A stretch of 49,842 nucleotides of DNA, from positions 1 to 49,842 of the forward strand of contig JAYVIX010000200.1 in the NCBI GenBank assembly GCA_043769845.1, given 5' to 3'. Numbering within the stretch: position 1 is the stretch's first letter; every line of letters starts with the position of its first letter. This document shows, one piece after another, positions 28,444 to 39,094 of this stretch. The notes under the pieces are model-generated. The model made no database searches. It was not told where the DNA came from and saw only the letters and a program-made list of their open reading frames with translations. Origin of the DNA: Cytophagales bacterium (GTDB lineage Bacteria > Bacteroidota > Bacteroidia > Cytophagales > UBA9547). Made by a program: the position numbers and the translations under genes.

Positions 28444-29690
28444 TGAGTTTTTGATTGCTCTGTTTTACGAATATATACTTTTTTGAAAAGAAAAGTAAAG
28501 CCTTTTTTTACTAATTGCAAATATATCTCTAGCAAGTCGGGAGCTAATGCAATGGCTACCAGAGCAATACCGAAATCTATCTTGTAGTTTTTGACCAAAA
28601 ACAAATAGGCAACTATAAAATTGAGCACCACGATAATGACCAATTGAAATGCTTTGGTGACAGGGTCGAAAAGCTGCGGAATGAATTCTAGTGTAAGATG
28701 AAACAAGGCGATAGTGAAAAAACAGATCAGAAAACCAATTCCAAATTCGAACAGATTGTTCGATTCATTGATATAATCCTGATGAAGGATCATGGAAATA
28801 ATATTGGCATGTACCACCACTCCAAACATGTCTTGAAAGGCTTTTCCTACATATTTGTTATTCAGTGGCGTAAAAAATTTATCATTATCCCAAGTGTTTT
28901 TTGTGTCGGGCACTCGCTCGCCCATGTAGCCCATTAGAACAATTTTGTTTTTGACAAGGTTGGGTTCAAAGTTTTCAGAAAACAAGTCGTCAATATCTAT
29001 GACATAAAACTTTCTGCGTCCTCCAAAAATATTGCCTCGGTATCGTATTAATTCTATCTCGTTTTTTCGTTCTGCCAATGTTTTATACGCATTTGGATCG
29101 AATATTTCTACGATTTTGCTGGCAAAAGCGGGTACTGCTACTTGTTTTTTCTCTTTTTGAAGAGTATCAAATGGTACGAAAGTACGTGCAGTTCGGAACA
29201 TTTCGTCTCCTTCAGTTATAAAGTTGGCATGGCCTGTGGTGGCAAATTGGGTGAATTTTGTATTAGAAGTTTCGAGAGAATCAAAGTTCTCTATTGCTTC
29301 GTTGTAGTGGAGTTTGCTCACCAGTACCAGATTTTTGACTCGACTCATCGCCTTCATCAATGTGTCGTCCATGTCTTTTGGCTTGCGAAAAAAAACGTCC
29401 ATCCCGATTATTTTAGGATCGTATTTGTTGATAATGTCTATTTCGGCCGCAATTTCTTCTCTTGAAAGATTTCCAATATTGATCATCACAATATTAGTAT
29501 CCTCGGGCGTGTCTTCTTCGATTTTGGAAGAAACTAAATCTGTAATCTCAAAATCGCCAAACATGTCCGATACGGGATTGAATATTTCGGATTGAATTGT
29601 GATGTTGGAGAGTAAATAAAGAAAGAAAAACAGGAAACCCGTGGCCAAAAAATTATCCCACGAAAAGATCTTTTTCAAGATGGATTTCAT
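28440..29690 (-). CDS. CHASE2 domain membrane protein with no cytoplasmic output domain
   Basis: 416 aa. N-terminal TM helix, then an extracytoplasmic region with NIVMINIGNLSREEIAAEIDIINKYDPKIIGMDVFF (the CHASE2 N-terminal pattern). Three C-terminal TM helices are followed by a tail of about 20 aa. Confidence 0.65.
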   Translation of the reverse strand: MKSILKKIFSWDNFLATGFLFFFLYLLSNITIQSEIFNPVSDMFGDFEITDLVSSKIEEDTPEDTNIVMINIGNLSREEIAAEIDIINKYDPKIIGMDVFFRKPKDMDDTLMKAMSRVKNLVLVSKLHYNEAIENFDSLETSNTKFTQFATTGHANFITEGDEMFRTARTFVPFDTLQKEKKQVAVPAFASKIVEIFDPNAYKTLAERKNEIELIRYRGNIFGGRRKFYVIDIDDLFSENFEPNLVKNKIVLMGYMGERVPDTKNTWDNDKFFTPLNNKYVGKAFQDMFGVVVHANIISMILHQDYINESNNLFEFGIGFLICFFTIALFHLTLEFIPQLFDPVTKAFQLVIIVVLNFIVAYLFLVKNYKIDFGIALVAIALAPDLLEIYLQLVKKGFTFLFKKVYIRKTEQSKTQ

Positions 29691-29771
29691 ACTAAAAGTA
29701 GTTAAAAGTGAATATTCCTATATTTAACACAAAGTCAAAATCATCCTCTTTGAAATAATGTATAAAAGGAT

Positions 29772-29811
29772 GAAAAAATAAAACGCTTACAAAAATAATT
29801 TGAAAGCGTTT
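29772..29811 (-). terminator. Probable terminator downstream of truA
   Basis: AAACGCTT / AAGCGTTT 8-bp stem. On the minus strand TATTTTTT follows. Confidence 0.5.
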
Positions 29812-30010
29812 CAAAAATAAGCAAGAATTAGAGTATAGACTAGGCCTAAAGCAGATAAAAATCAGCTTTAGGTATTTTATTGCTCGCTAAATGCCATTCT
29901 CTACATTTTTCTACCGCAGCTAATTATAAGTGAAAAATAATTCATAAATTATTCTTGCTTCTAGTATTCTTGAACATGTGCATTGGTTTGTTGGTGCCAA
30001 ATGACGTGGC

Positions 30011-30763
30011 CTATCTGAAAACCTCTTCAGGATATTCTACTTTGGCCAAATACAAGCCATAAGGAGCCACCGCATGACCTGCTTTTTTGCGGTTGCGATC
30101 GAGGATGATTTGTTCAAACTGTACCAAACTCGTTTTGCCCGAACCCACATCTATGAGCGTGCCAACTATTGTGCGCACCATTCCGCGTAGGAATCGATTG
30201 GCCGAAATAGTAAAAATCAACAAATCATCTTCTTGTTGCCAATGCGCCTCGGTAATGGTGCAGTTGAAATGGTTGACATCGGTATGTACTTTGCTGAACG
30301 ATTCAAAATCTGCGTGTTTGAAAAGAATCTGCGCAGCTTGGTTCATCTTTTCAAGATCTAAAGGTTTGAAAACCAACAGTACCCGTTCTACTAAAAACGG
30401 ATTTCTGACCGCAGAAACCTTGTAATGGTAGGTGCGCGAAAAGGCATCGAAACGAGCATTAGCTTCTTGCTTTACAGGGCGCACCCAATTTGCCACCACA
30501 TCGTTAGGCAAAAGTGAATTCAGTCGAATAATCCAACGCGACAAATCCTGTTCTTTTTCAATATCGAAATGCACTACTTGATGCGTAGCATGTACCCCCG
30601 TGTCGGTTCGGCCACTCGCAAGGCATTCGATTGGTACACGAAGCATGGTACTAAGTGCTTGGTTAACCATTTGTTGCACCGTTGTCACGTCCTGATTATT
30701 GTTCTGAACTTGCCAACCAGCAAAACGAGTGCCCACGTACGATATGTCAAGAAAGTATCTCAA
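30011..30763 (-). CDS. truA: tRNA pseudouridine(38-40) synthase
   Basis: 250 aa with N-terminus MRYFLDISYVGTRFAGWQVQ and the catalytic motif GRTDTGVHA. Confidence 0.9.
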   Translation of the reverse strand: MRYFLDISYVGTRFAGWQVQNNNQDVTTVQQMVNQALSTMLRVPIECLASGRTDTGVHATHQVVHFDIEKEQDLSRWIIRLNSLLPNDVVANWVRPVKQEANARFDAFSRTYHYKVSAVRNPFLVERVLLVFKPLDLEKMNQAAQILFKHADFESFSKVHTDVNHFNCTITEAHWQQEDDLLIFTISANRFLRGMVRTIVGTLIDVGSGKTSLVQFEQIILDRNRKKAGHAVAPYGLYLAKVEYPEEVFR

Positions 30764-30972
30764 TGCTTAAATATTTCTATAATTCTACTCATTTGGATTG
30801 AAATGCCTGCTTGTTTTTAGAAAATTTACATCCTCACAAGGTGGATTTAAAACAAAATCTCAAAATCCTCCCATTTTCTTTCGCAAATTGCACCTCTTTT
30901 CATAACCAATAGAAAGTAGAGTGGTTTTATTACTTAAAACGTCTGCTTTCTTTCGTAAAATAGCACTTTAAA

Positions 30973-33477
30973 ATGGTTCATTTAGCAATCGGTAATTGTG
31001 GACATCTTAGTATAATTGTCTCATTTGTGGCCTCATTAGTAGCGTCTTATGCATTTTTAAAAGCTAGTAACGAAGATGCTTTCTCAAATTCTTGGCAGAA
31101 ATTTGCCCAATCTTTTTTTTACCTACATGCCATTGCGGTGCTTGGAGTGATTGTTTCGCTTTTTGGCATTATTTACAACCATTATTACGAATACCATTAT
31201 GCTTGGGAGCATTCGTCCAACCATTTGCCAGCTCATTACATGATTTCGTGTTTTTGGGAAGGACAAGAAGGAAGTTTCTTACTTTGGATTTTCTGGCACG
31301 CTGTTTTGGGATTTTTTGTACTTAGAAGTCCTAAAAATTGGTCGATGCCAGCCATGGCCATTTTCATGTTGGTACAAGCCTTTCTTTGCTCTATGATTTT
31401 GGGTGTAGTCATTGGCGATTTAAAATTGGGCAGTTCTCCTTTCATTCTTCTGAAAGACTATATGCAAGATGCGCCTGTCTTCAAGATGAAACCCGATTAT
31501 GTGCCTGAGGATGGCACAGGACTCAATCCTCTTTTACAAAATTATTGGATGGTCATTCATCCCCCGACCTTGTTTTTGGGTTTTGCACTTTGTCTCGTTC
31601 CGTTTAGTTATTGTATGGCAGGTCTTTGGAAAAAAGAATACCGCGAATGGATCGAATATGCATTGCCTTGGTCGCATGTGGCGGCACTTGTTCTGGGTTT
31701 AGGCGTGATGATGGGAGCGTATTGGGCTTACGAAACGCTCAATTTTGGCGGCTATTGGAATTGGGATCCTGTCGAAAATGCGGTCTATGTTCCTTGGTTG
31801 ATTTTAGTAGCAGCCATTCACGCCATGATTATTTACAAACAAAAAGGCGCATCCTTGCACACCGCCATGCTTTTAGTCATTGGCACTTTCTTGCTCATTC
31901 TATATTCAACCTTCCTGACACGAAGCGGAATTTTGGGAAATGCATCTGTTCACTCTTTTACCGACCTTGGTCTTTCTGGTCAATTGCTGCTTTATTTGCT
32001 TGTGTTTGTGATACTTTCTGTGTTTTTGTTGATGTGGCGTTGGAAAGAAGTACCCGCTTCACCTCAAGATATTTCTACTTATTCCAAAGAGTTTTGGTTA
32101 TTTTTGGGAATCGTGACTTTGTGTCTTACGGGTTTTCAAGTCTTGGCCATGACTTCTATTCCGGTGTACAACGCCATTTTTAAAGCCTTTGGAGTGGCAT
32201 CTAAAATGGCTCCTCCTGCTGATCAGATTCAATATTATGGCAACTGGCAGCTTTGGTTTGGCTTGGGCATTTGTCTGCTGTCTGGCGTGGCGCAACATTT
32301 TTTCTGGAACAAAATGGATAAGACCAAATTGAGCCAAGAACTGTATATCCCAGTGGTATTCACCTCTATTTTATCGGCCATCATTATTACAGTGACCGAT
32401 GTGGTCGATTGGAAATACATTTTATTATTGGTGGGTGGCTGTTTTACGATCGTTTCAAACATCAAAATTCTTCTAAAACTCTGGAACCCAAATTTGAAAT
32501 TAGCTGGTGGTGCAGTGGCGCATATTGGAGTTGGCCTGATGTTGATCGGAATTCTATATTCGGCTGGTTATTCAAAAGTGGTTTCGCTAAATACTTCAGG
32601 GTTAGTCTATTCCAAAGATTTCTCGACTGACATGAACAAAGAAAACGTTCTTCTTTTCTACAAACAACCTGTAAAAATGGGCGGTTACGAACTTTTGTAC
32701 AAAGGGGCTTGTGTAGAAGCCGAGGGATTTCCTGGATATATCGCCAAATCGAAACTAAGCCCAACGCACGATCAATACAAACAATTGGCTGCCGATTCTA
32801 TCAGTTACGAAAGCAAATTGTATTTCAAAAAAGGCGATACCGTGGCTGTTTCGCCTGAAAATACGTTTTACGAAATCGAATTCAAAGACACCACTTCGGG
32901 CAAAAGTTTCATGTTGTATCCTCGCGCTCAGGTAAATCCGCAAATGGGATTGATCGCTTCGCCAGATATATTAAAGAAATGGAATGCCGATTTGTACACC
33001 CACGTATCATCCGTTCCCGACCCCAAAGAAGGCAAAGAATGGAGCGAGCCTCAAGAACAAAAGCTATCAATAGGTGATACATTTTTCCTGAATGATTATA
33101 TAGCCGTTTTTGATGGAATTGAAAAATTGGACGAATTAGAAGGCACAAAATTCACAGAAAACGAAGTAGCGATTCAAACCAACGTTCGCATTATTACCAA
33201 AGAAAGTAATTTGGCTGTAAAACCTATCTTGCTGATAAAGAACAACATGCTAGGTCGTATTGCAGACGAACAACAAGAATTGGGTATCCGACTGACCTTG
33301 AACAATGTATTTCCACAGGAAAATAAGTTTATATTCTCAGTTCAAACTTCCCAAAAAGAATGGGTGATACTAAAAGCCCTACGCAAACCACACATTAATT
33401 TGCTTTGGCTAGGCACATTATTGGTGCTAGTTGGTTTTGGGTTGGCTATTTGGAGGCGGACAGGAAGTACTACTTAA
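30973..33477 (+). CDS. Cytochrome c biogenesis heme lyase, CcmF/NrfE-like
   Basis: 834-aa polytopic membrane protein. The Trp-rich motif is YWAYETLNFGGYWNWDPVENAVYVPWL (WDPVEN is the CcmF type, not the CcsA WDPKE type). Confidence 0.75.
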   Translation: MVHLAIGNCGHLSIIVSFVASLVASYAFLKASNEDAFSNSWQKFAQSFFYLHAIAVLGVIVSLFGIIYNHYYEYHYAWEHSSNHLPAHYMISCFWEGQEGSFLLWIFWHAVLGFFVLRSPKNWSMPAMAIFMLVQAFLCSMILGVVIGDLKLGSSPFILLKDYMQDAPVFKMKPDYVPEDGTGLNPLLQNYWMVIHPPTLFLGFALCLVPFSYCMAGLWKKEYREWIEYALPWSHVAALVLGLGVMMGAYWAYETLNFGGYWNWDPVENAVYVPWLILVAAIHAMIIYKQKGASLHTAMLLVIGTFLLILYSTFLTRSGILGNASVHSFTDLGLSGQLLLYLLVFVILSVFLLMWRWKEVPASPQDISTYSKEFWLFLGIVTLCLTGFQVLAMTSIPVYNAIFKAFGVASKMAPPADQIQYYGNWQLWFGLGICLLSGVAQHFFWNKMDKTKLSQELYIPVVFTSILSAIIITVTDVVDWKYILLLVGGCFTIVSNIKILLKLWNPNLKLAGGAVAHIGVGLMLIGILYSAGYSKVVSLNTSGLVYSKDFSTDMNKENVLLFYKQPVKMGGYELLYKGACVEAEGFPGYIAKSKLSPTHDQYKQLAADSISYESKLYFKKGDTVAVSPENTFYEIEFKDTTSGKSFMLYPRAQVNPQMGLIASPDILKKWNADLYTHVSSVPDPKEGKEWSEPQEQKLSIGDTFFLNDYIAVFDGIEKLDELEGTKFTENEVAIQTNVRIITKESNLAVKPILLIKNNMLGRIADEQQELGIRLTLNNVFPQENKFIFSVQTSQKEWVILKALRKPHINLLWLGTLLVLVGFGLAIWRRTGSTT

Positions 33478-33556
33478 TTAGTTAATAGTTATTTATCACT
33501 AGATCAGTCACTTAAAAATTATTCTAGCGATAAATAGTTAAGCCAATGATTCCTGT

Positions 33557-35512
33557 TTAGTTTCCTAGTGAAGGATAGTTTTTTAGAATAATTAAAAAGT
33601 CATCCATTGTTTTGTATTCTTTGGCATACAACAAATCGAGTCGTTTGGTGGTGGCTTCGTCAAGCAAATGCAAATCAAGGCCGCTTGTAGGGTTTAATAC
33701 GCTTGAGCCTATTTTGGCAATTTGTATCGAAGATGCAACGCTAAATCCTACCCACGTTTTGTAGCCAAATAGTACCGAAAAGGCATTTTTTAGTGCGCCC
33801 AATTTGTTTTTGACAAAAACGAGCTGAATCGGAAACGTCAGCAGAAAATAAGTCGAAAACGTAATGTCTAACAAACGTTTGCTACGAACACTTTCTGGCT
33901 TGGCAATGTCTAATTCCACGTCAAAAGTATACAGTTCGCCTACCGATTCTTTCGAATTGCTACCAATGATATAGTTCGATTCGTCAGGAACGATTTTGAA
34001 ATCGACACCAGTTGTGCGCACTTTCGTCATCCATTCGATAATATCAGTCGATGCCATGTTTTTAGAACAAAAAATGACTTCATCCGCATCGTAAATCATG
34101 ATTGCCTCGTTCAACTGACGGATGTGGCCAAGGCACCACAAATCTTTACAAACAGTTTCGATCGTTTGCAAATACCCAATTACATTCACTTTGGCTTTTA
34201 CTTGGTCGAGCATCACACGCACTCTTTCGCATTCTTCTTTATCGCCCACCAGTAGCGTTCGTTTGGTTTTGGCCTCGCCTATTCGGATGTCGCGGTGTGT
34301 AATAAAATGCCCAATTAGCCGAATGAGAAATATCGAAAATGTGGAAACTAAAAATCCAATCAGCATCAAAGCCCTTGAAAACCGATAATCTTCCAGAAAA
34401 TTGCTCGCACCCGAAATGAGTAAGGTTCCCCAAGCAGCACCTCGAATGATTTTGTAAAACCGAAAATCTTTGTCGTATCCTCCGCTGAAATAAATAAGGG
34501 ATTGCCAACAAATGATGTAAATCGGAATAATGACCGAAAGATAAATTTCGGGATAAAATCCAGCGTAAAATTTCACATTGATTTCCCAAAAACGAGTTAT
34601 CAGCCTCATTATAAGGTAAATAACAGAAAAATCGAGCGCAGGCAACCACATTTTTTGAACAAAACGGGTCACCACGGCAATGCTCGCTCTCAGATAAATA
34701 GCCAGATTGATGAAAAAACTAAATAGGCCAGCACTTTTGTGCGAAAAATGTTTTTCGGCAAAAATGATCATTGCACGATAAAACACAAATACATAATTGA
34801 CGCTCGTGCGCTTTGTGCTTTCGCCTTTGTAGTGGATAATGCGCGTTTCGGGGAAATAATAATTTTTGTAACCTCCTTTTATGATTCGGTACGAAAGATC
34901 AATATCTTCTCCGTACATGAAATAATCCTCGTCTAATAGTCCTATTTTATCTAAAACCGAACTGCGCATGAACATATAGGCTCCAGCCAAAACTTCTACC
35001 TCATTGGTATCATCTTCGCCAAGGAAACCCATGTGATAACGGCCAAACTTTTTAGTTTTGGGAAAAATCGCAGCCAGACCAAATACTTTATAAAAAGCGA
35101 CTTCGGGCGTAGGAAGTCCTCGTTTCGATTCGGGAAGAAAATTTCCCTTTCCGTCCAGCATTTTCACACCTAGTCCGCCAGCTTCGGGATGTGCGTCCAT
35201 GAAATCACAGCATTTTCGCAGACAGTCTTCTTCCAAAACAGTGTCTGGGTTTAGAAGCAAAATATATTCAGCATTCGAAAGTCTGATTGCCTGATTGTTG
35301 GCTTTCGAGAAACCAACATTGTCTTTATTGGCGATCAGTTTTACGTCTGGAAAGCGGCTTTGAACCATTTGCACGGATCCGTCCACCGAATCGTTGTCGA
35401 CCACAAATACTTCCACATTCAAACCTTCGGACGCCTTTTGCACCGAAAGCAATGCTTGTTCTAAAAAGTAACTAACATTGTAGTTAACAATAATGATGGA
35501 GAGTTTCTTCAC
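33557..35512 (-). CDS. Family 2 glycosyltransferase fused to a membrane region and a partial sugar-transferase-like C-terminus
   Basis: 651 aa. The N-terminal GT2 domain shows LSIIIVNYNVSYFLEQALLSV...VVDNDSVDGS...LLLNPDT. Several TM helices follow, then a Rossmann-like KRTLLVGDKEECERV...VIGYL. The segment RSKRLLDITFSTYFLLTFPIQL resembles the entry of a Bac_transf domain, but I could not find the catalytic core. Confidence 0.65.
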   Translation of the reverse strand: MKKLSIIIVNYNVSYFLEQALLSVQKASEGLNVEVFVVDNDSVDGSVQMVQSRFPDVKLIANKDNVGFSKANNQAIRLSNAEYILLLNPDTVLEEDCLRKCCDFMDAHPEAGGLGVKMLDGKGNFLPESKRGLPTPEVAFYKVFGLAAIFPKTKKFGRYHMGFLGEDDTNEVEVLAGAYMFMRSSVLDKIGLLDEDYFMYGEDIDLSYRIIKGGYKNYYFPETRIIHYKGESTKRTSVNYVFVFYRAMIIFAEKHFSHKSAGLFSFFINLAIYLRASIAVVTRFVQKMWLPALDFSVIYLIMRLITRFWEINVKFYAGFYPEIYLSVIIPIYIICWQSLIYFSGGYDKDFRFYKIIRGAAWGTLLISGASNFLEDYRFSRALMLIGFLVSTFSIFLIRLIGHFITHRDIRIGEAKTKRTLLVGDKEECERVRVMLDQVKAKVNVIGYLQTIETVCKDLWCLGHIRQLNEAIMIYDADEVIFCSKNMASTDIIEWMTKVRTTGVDFKIVPDESNYIIGSNSKESVGELYTFDVELDIAKPESVRSKRLLDITFSTYFLLTFPIQLVFVKNKLGALKNAFSVLFGYKTWVGFSVASSIQIAKIGSSVLNPTSGLDLHLLDEATTKRLDLLYAKEYKTMDDFLIILKNYPSLGN

Positions 35513-35676
35513 AAAGAAAAATGGATTTCAGCGGAAAAGTAGGCGATAGGCTGTTTCTTTGGTTTTTGCAAATGTAACCATTTCAGCTCCTTTTTCAAGT
35601 CAAAATCAGTGTGTGGCGCAAAGTCGGGTCTTCCATTTTAATTTTAATAGTTAAGTTTGGGGAAAATAACAGCATC

Positions 35677-36636
35677 ATGGGGCTCATTCTTGATTTGGCG
35701 ACTCGGTTTAAGCCATTTTTTTCTCTTTACAATTTATTTCAATACTCGAAACTGAAGCATAATATTCCGCTTTTTAAAAAATGGAAGATTCGCAAAAGCT
35801 ATTTCAGTAGTATTTCTAGCAAAGATTTTAGTCACATTACAAATCCTGAAATTCCTTGGCTCGACTCTCAGGATTCGTCCATTGTATTGCCTACGAATTC
35901 GCTATTCAATTCATTATCAGAAAGTTTTCAAAAATCCTTAACCAACTGGTCCAAAGATGGATATGCGATTTTGCCTGAATTTTTCAGCCAAGACGAGGTC
36001 GAATTTATCAACGTTGAAGTGGATAGATTATTGAAAGAGAAAAAAATCGAATGGAAGTATCGTAATAAATTGATGTTTGCCATAAACAAATCGGACAAAC
36101 TGAGAGCAATTGTCAACAAACCTGAAATAAAGGATATTTTATCAATGCTTTTGGGGCGCGAAACAAAGCTTTTTCAGAGTATCAATTTTTACAACGGAAG
36201 TCAACAGGCGGCACATTCGGATATTGTGCACATGACCACTTTCCCTCAAGGATATTTGATTGCGATTTGGATTGCTTTGGAAGATGTCGAAGAGGAACAA
36301 GGGCCGCTTTTCTATTATCCAGGGAGTCACCGATTGCCTTATTTTTTGAATGACGACTATGCACACGGGGGCAATGCATTTTTTATTGGCGAGAATGCGT
36401 ACCGAAATTATGAGGCCGCTCTTCAAAAAGAAATTGTTGCTAGACAATTAGAAAAAAGGATTTTTAAAGCGAAGAAAGGAGATCTTCTAATTTGGCATGC
36501 GAATCTGCTACACGGAGGCAGTCCCATTACAAATCCAAAACTGACTCGAAAAAGCATGGTTTTACATTATTTTGCCGAAGGAGTGATTTGTTATCATGAA
36601 ATTAGCCAAAGACCAGCTCTGATAAATAGTTTGTAG
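35677..36636 (+). CDS. Phytanoyl-CoA dioxygenase (PhyH) family Fe(II)/2-oxoglutarate oxygenase
   Basis: AAHSD...IWIALEDVEEEQGPLFYYPGSHRLPY...WHANLLHGGSP fits the HxD...H facial triad of PhyH-type enzymes. I moved the start to the ATG at 35677 (the track start is GTG at 35611). Confidence 0.7.
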   Translation: MGLILDLATRFKPFFSLYNLFQYSKLKHNIPLFKKWKIRKSYFSSISSKDFSHITNPEIPWLDSQDSSIVLPTNSLFNSLSESFQKSLTNWSKDGYAILPEFFSQDEVEFINVEVDRLLKEKKIEWKYRNKLMFAINKSDKLRAIVNKPEIKDILSMLLGRETKLFQSINFYNGSQQAAHSDIVHMTTFPQGYLIAIWIALEDVEEEQGPLFYYPGSHRLPYFLNDDYAHGGNAFFIGENAYRNYEAALQKEIVARQLEKRIFKAKKGDLLIWHANLLHGGSPITNPKLTRKSMVLHYFAEGVICYHEISQRPALINSL

Positions 36637-36726
36637 TCGGCAGCTAAGGGCGTTATTTTATTTGTTTGATGAGGAAATTGAATACGAATAGATTCATTAA
36701 ATCATCAAAACGTTCGTAGGCCAAAT

Positions 36727-37794
36727 ATGTTTGCCGATATTTGCGCCATGATGGAAGATGAGGAACTGAATCTGGAAGGTTCAGAAGAAAAAGAAGACGA
36801 ACTGTACGAACATTACCGCTTTGTGGCCGATAAAGGACAAACTCCAATTCGGCTTGATAAGTTTTTGATGGATCGGATTCAAAATTCGACTCGATCGCGC
36901 ATTCAAGCGGCTATCGAGGCAGGCTCGGTACAGCTGAACGATGTAGAGACTAAAAATAGCTATAAAATAAAACCAGGTGATGTTGTGCGGGTGTTACTCA
37001 GTCAACCGCCAAGGATTGGGGTGGTTTTGCCCGAAAATATTCCGCTAGATATTGTGTACGAGGATGATGATTTGCTTGTCGTCAACAAAGCAGCAGGCAT
37101 GGTGGTGCATCCTGCATTTGCCAACTATTCGGGCACGTTGGTCAATGCGCTTACCTACCATTTTCAGAATTTGCCAACTGGTCGCAACGGAACTGGTCGC
37201 CCAGGTTTAGTCCATCGGATCGACAAAGACACCTCTGGCTTACTCGTTATAGCCAAAACCGAATATGCGATGGCGCATTTGGCCAAGCAATTTTTCGACC
37301 ATTCGATCGAGCGTACATACATTGCCATCGTTTGGGGCGAACCCGACAAAATGGAGGGAACGGTAAACGTGCATCTTGGACGAAGCATGCGCGATCGTAG
37401 AATAGTAGATCCGTATCCCGATAAAAGCCAAGGGAAACATGCGATTACGCATTACAAGGTGCTGAAGCCGATGTATTATATTTCACAAATTCAATGTAAT
37501 TTGGAAACAGGGCGTACGCATCAGATTCGCGCACACATGAAATACATTGGACACCCGTTATTCAATGACGAAACCTATGGAGGGGCCAAAATTGTAAAAG
37601 GCACCACATTTGCCAAGTATGCACAGTTTGTTGAGAATTGTTTCAAAGTATTGCCTCGCCAAGCACTGCACGCCAAATCGTTAGGATTTATTCATCCTAC
37701 AACGAAAGAAAAGATGCAGTTCGAAACGCCACTTCCAGATGAGTTTACCCAATTGCTCGACAAATGGGAACGCTATATCGAAGCAAACGGATAA
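36727..37794 (+). CDS. rluD: RluA-family 23S rRNA pseudouridine synthase (RluD-like)
   Basis: 355 aa. S4-like N-terminus (IRLDKFLMDRI), catalytic HRIDKDTSGLLVIAKT, and GRTHQIRAH. Confidence 0.9.
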   Translation: MFADICAMMEDEELNLEGSEEKEDELYEHYRFVADKGQTPIRLDKFLMDRIQNSTRSRIQAAIEAGSVQLNDVETKNSYKIKPGDVVRVLLSQPPRIGVVLPENIPLDIVYEDDDLLVVNKAAGMVVHPAFANYSGTLVNALTYHFQNLPTGRNGTGRPGLVHRIDKDTSGLLVIAKTEYAMAHLAKQFFDHSIERTYIAIVWGEPDKMEGTVNVHLGRSMRDRRIVDPYPDKSQGKHAITHYKVLKPMYYISQIQCNLETGRTHQIRAHMKYIGHPLFNDETYGGAKIVKGTTFAKYAQFVENCFKVLPRQALHAKSLGFIHPTTKEKMQFETPLPDEFTQLLDKWERYIEANG

Positions 37795-37840
37795 AACGAA
37801 TTGAGTTCTTAATTTGATATGAATCAAGAACTTACCTCTT

Positions 37841-39094
37841 TTGAGTGACCGAAATCTTTTTAAACCAATGCCTACCGACCAAATCCAACACATCGTTTCG
37901 AAAGACAATCTTTCAGCATCCGAGCCGAACAAGACTCGAGTTGAAGATTTACGTACCGAGGAAATGATTCTGAGCATTGGGCCTCAGCATCCTTCTACGC
38001 ATGGTGTGCTTCGCTTGGAAGTCATTACAGATGGCGAGATTGTGAAAGATGTTATACCACACATGGGATATCTGCACCGCTGTTTTGAGAAACATGCGGA
38101 GGCTTTGCCTTACAACCAAATCATCCCTTATGTGGATCGGATGGATTATGTGGCGGCCATGAATTCAGAACATGCCTATGTGATGGGCGTGGAAAAAATG
38201 CTGGGCATAGAAGGAACGCTTCCAAAACGTATCGAATACATTCGTGTGCTTGTTGCCGAGTTGAATCGTTTGGCTTCGCACTTTGTTGCTATTGGTACCT
38301 ATGCAATGGATATTGGGGCATTCACACCTTTTCTTTGGCTGATGCGTGACAGAGAGCATATTTTACGAATGCTCGAATGGACGTGTGGAGCACGCATGTT
38401 GTACAATTATATGTGGATTGGTGGTTTGTTTTATGACCTCCCTCTTGGCTTTGAAGAACGTTGTGTTGAATTTGTACGCTATCTGAAACCAAAATTGGTC
38501 GAATTAGAACAAGTTGTAATTGATAATAAAATTTTCATGCAACGCACGGCAGGTGTAGGCCAGTTGCCTTTGGCGTTGGCAATTAATCATGGATGTACTG
38601 GGCCTGTGCTGCGTGGTTCTGGTTTACGATACGATTTGCGAAAAGTAGATGCGTATTCTGTTTATTCTGAAATAGAATTTGAGGTGCCAATTGGCGAAGG
38701 CAAAATGGGCAAAATAGGCGATTGCTGGGATAGAAACTATGTGCGTGTGCGTGAATGTTGGGAATCGTTGCATATTATCGAACAATGTGTAACGCAGCTC
38801 ACAGGCAACCATAAACGTACTCGTGAGTTTAACCCACAAGAATTTGTGCCAAAGAAAATCCGTCCCAAAGCAATGGATTTTTACGTGCGTGCCGAAAACC
38901 CCAAAGGCGAATTAGGTTTCTTTTTCAGAACCGATCCTGAGGGAAAAACCGACATTCCATTTCGATTGAAAGCGAGAGCTTGTTCGTTTGTTAATCTATC
39001 TGTCTTGCCTGAAATTGCGAGAGGTGGTATGATTGCAGATTTAATTGCCATTATTGGTTCAATTGATGTGGTGATGGGCGAGGTGGATAGGTAG
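37841..39094 (+). CDS. nuoD: NADH-quinone oxidoreductase subunit D
   Basis: 417 aa with [27 protein letters not shown] and the C-terminal [14 protein letters not shown]. The track start is TTG and an alternative ATG lies at 37868. Confidence 0.9.
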   Translation: MSDRNLFKPMPTDQIQHIVSKDNLSASEPNKTRVEDLRTEEMILSIGPQHPSTHGVLRLEVITDGEIVKDVIPHMGYLHRCFEKHAEALPYNQIIPYVDRMDYVAAMNSEHAYVMGVEKMLGIEGTLPKRIEYIRVLVAELNRLASHFVAIGTYAMDIGAFTPFLWLMRDREHILRMLEWTCGARMLYNYMWIGGLFYDLPLGFEERCVEFVRYLKPKLVELEQVVIDNKIFMQRTAGVGQLPLALAINHGCTGPVLRGSGLRYDLRKVDAYSVYSEIEFEVPIGEGKMGKIGDCWDRNYVRVRECWESLHIIEQCVTQLTGNHKRTREFNPQEFVPKKIRPKAMDFYVRAENPKGELGFFFRTDPEGKTDIPFRLKARACSFVNLSVLPEIARGGMIADLIAIIGSIDVVMGEVDR

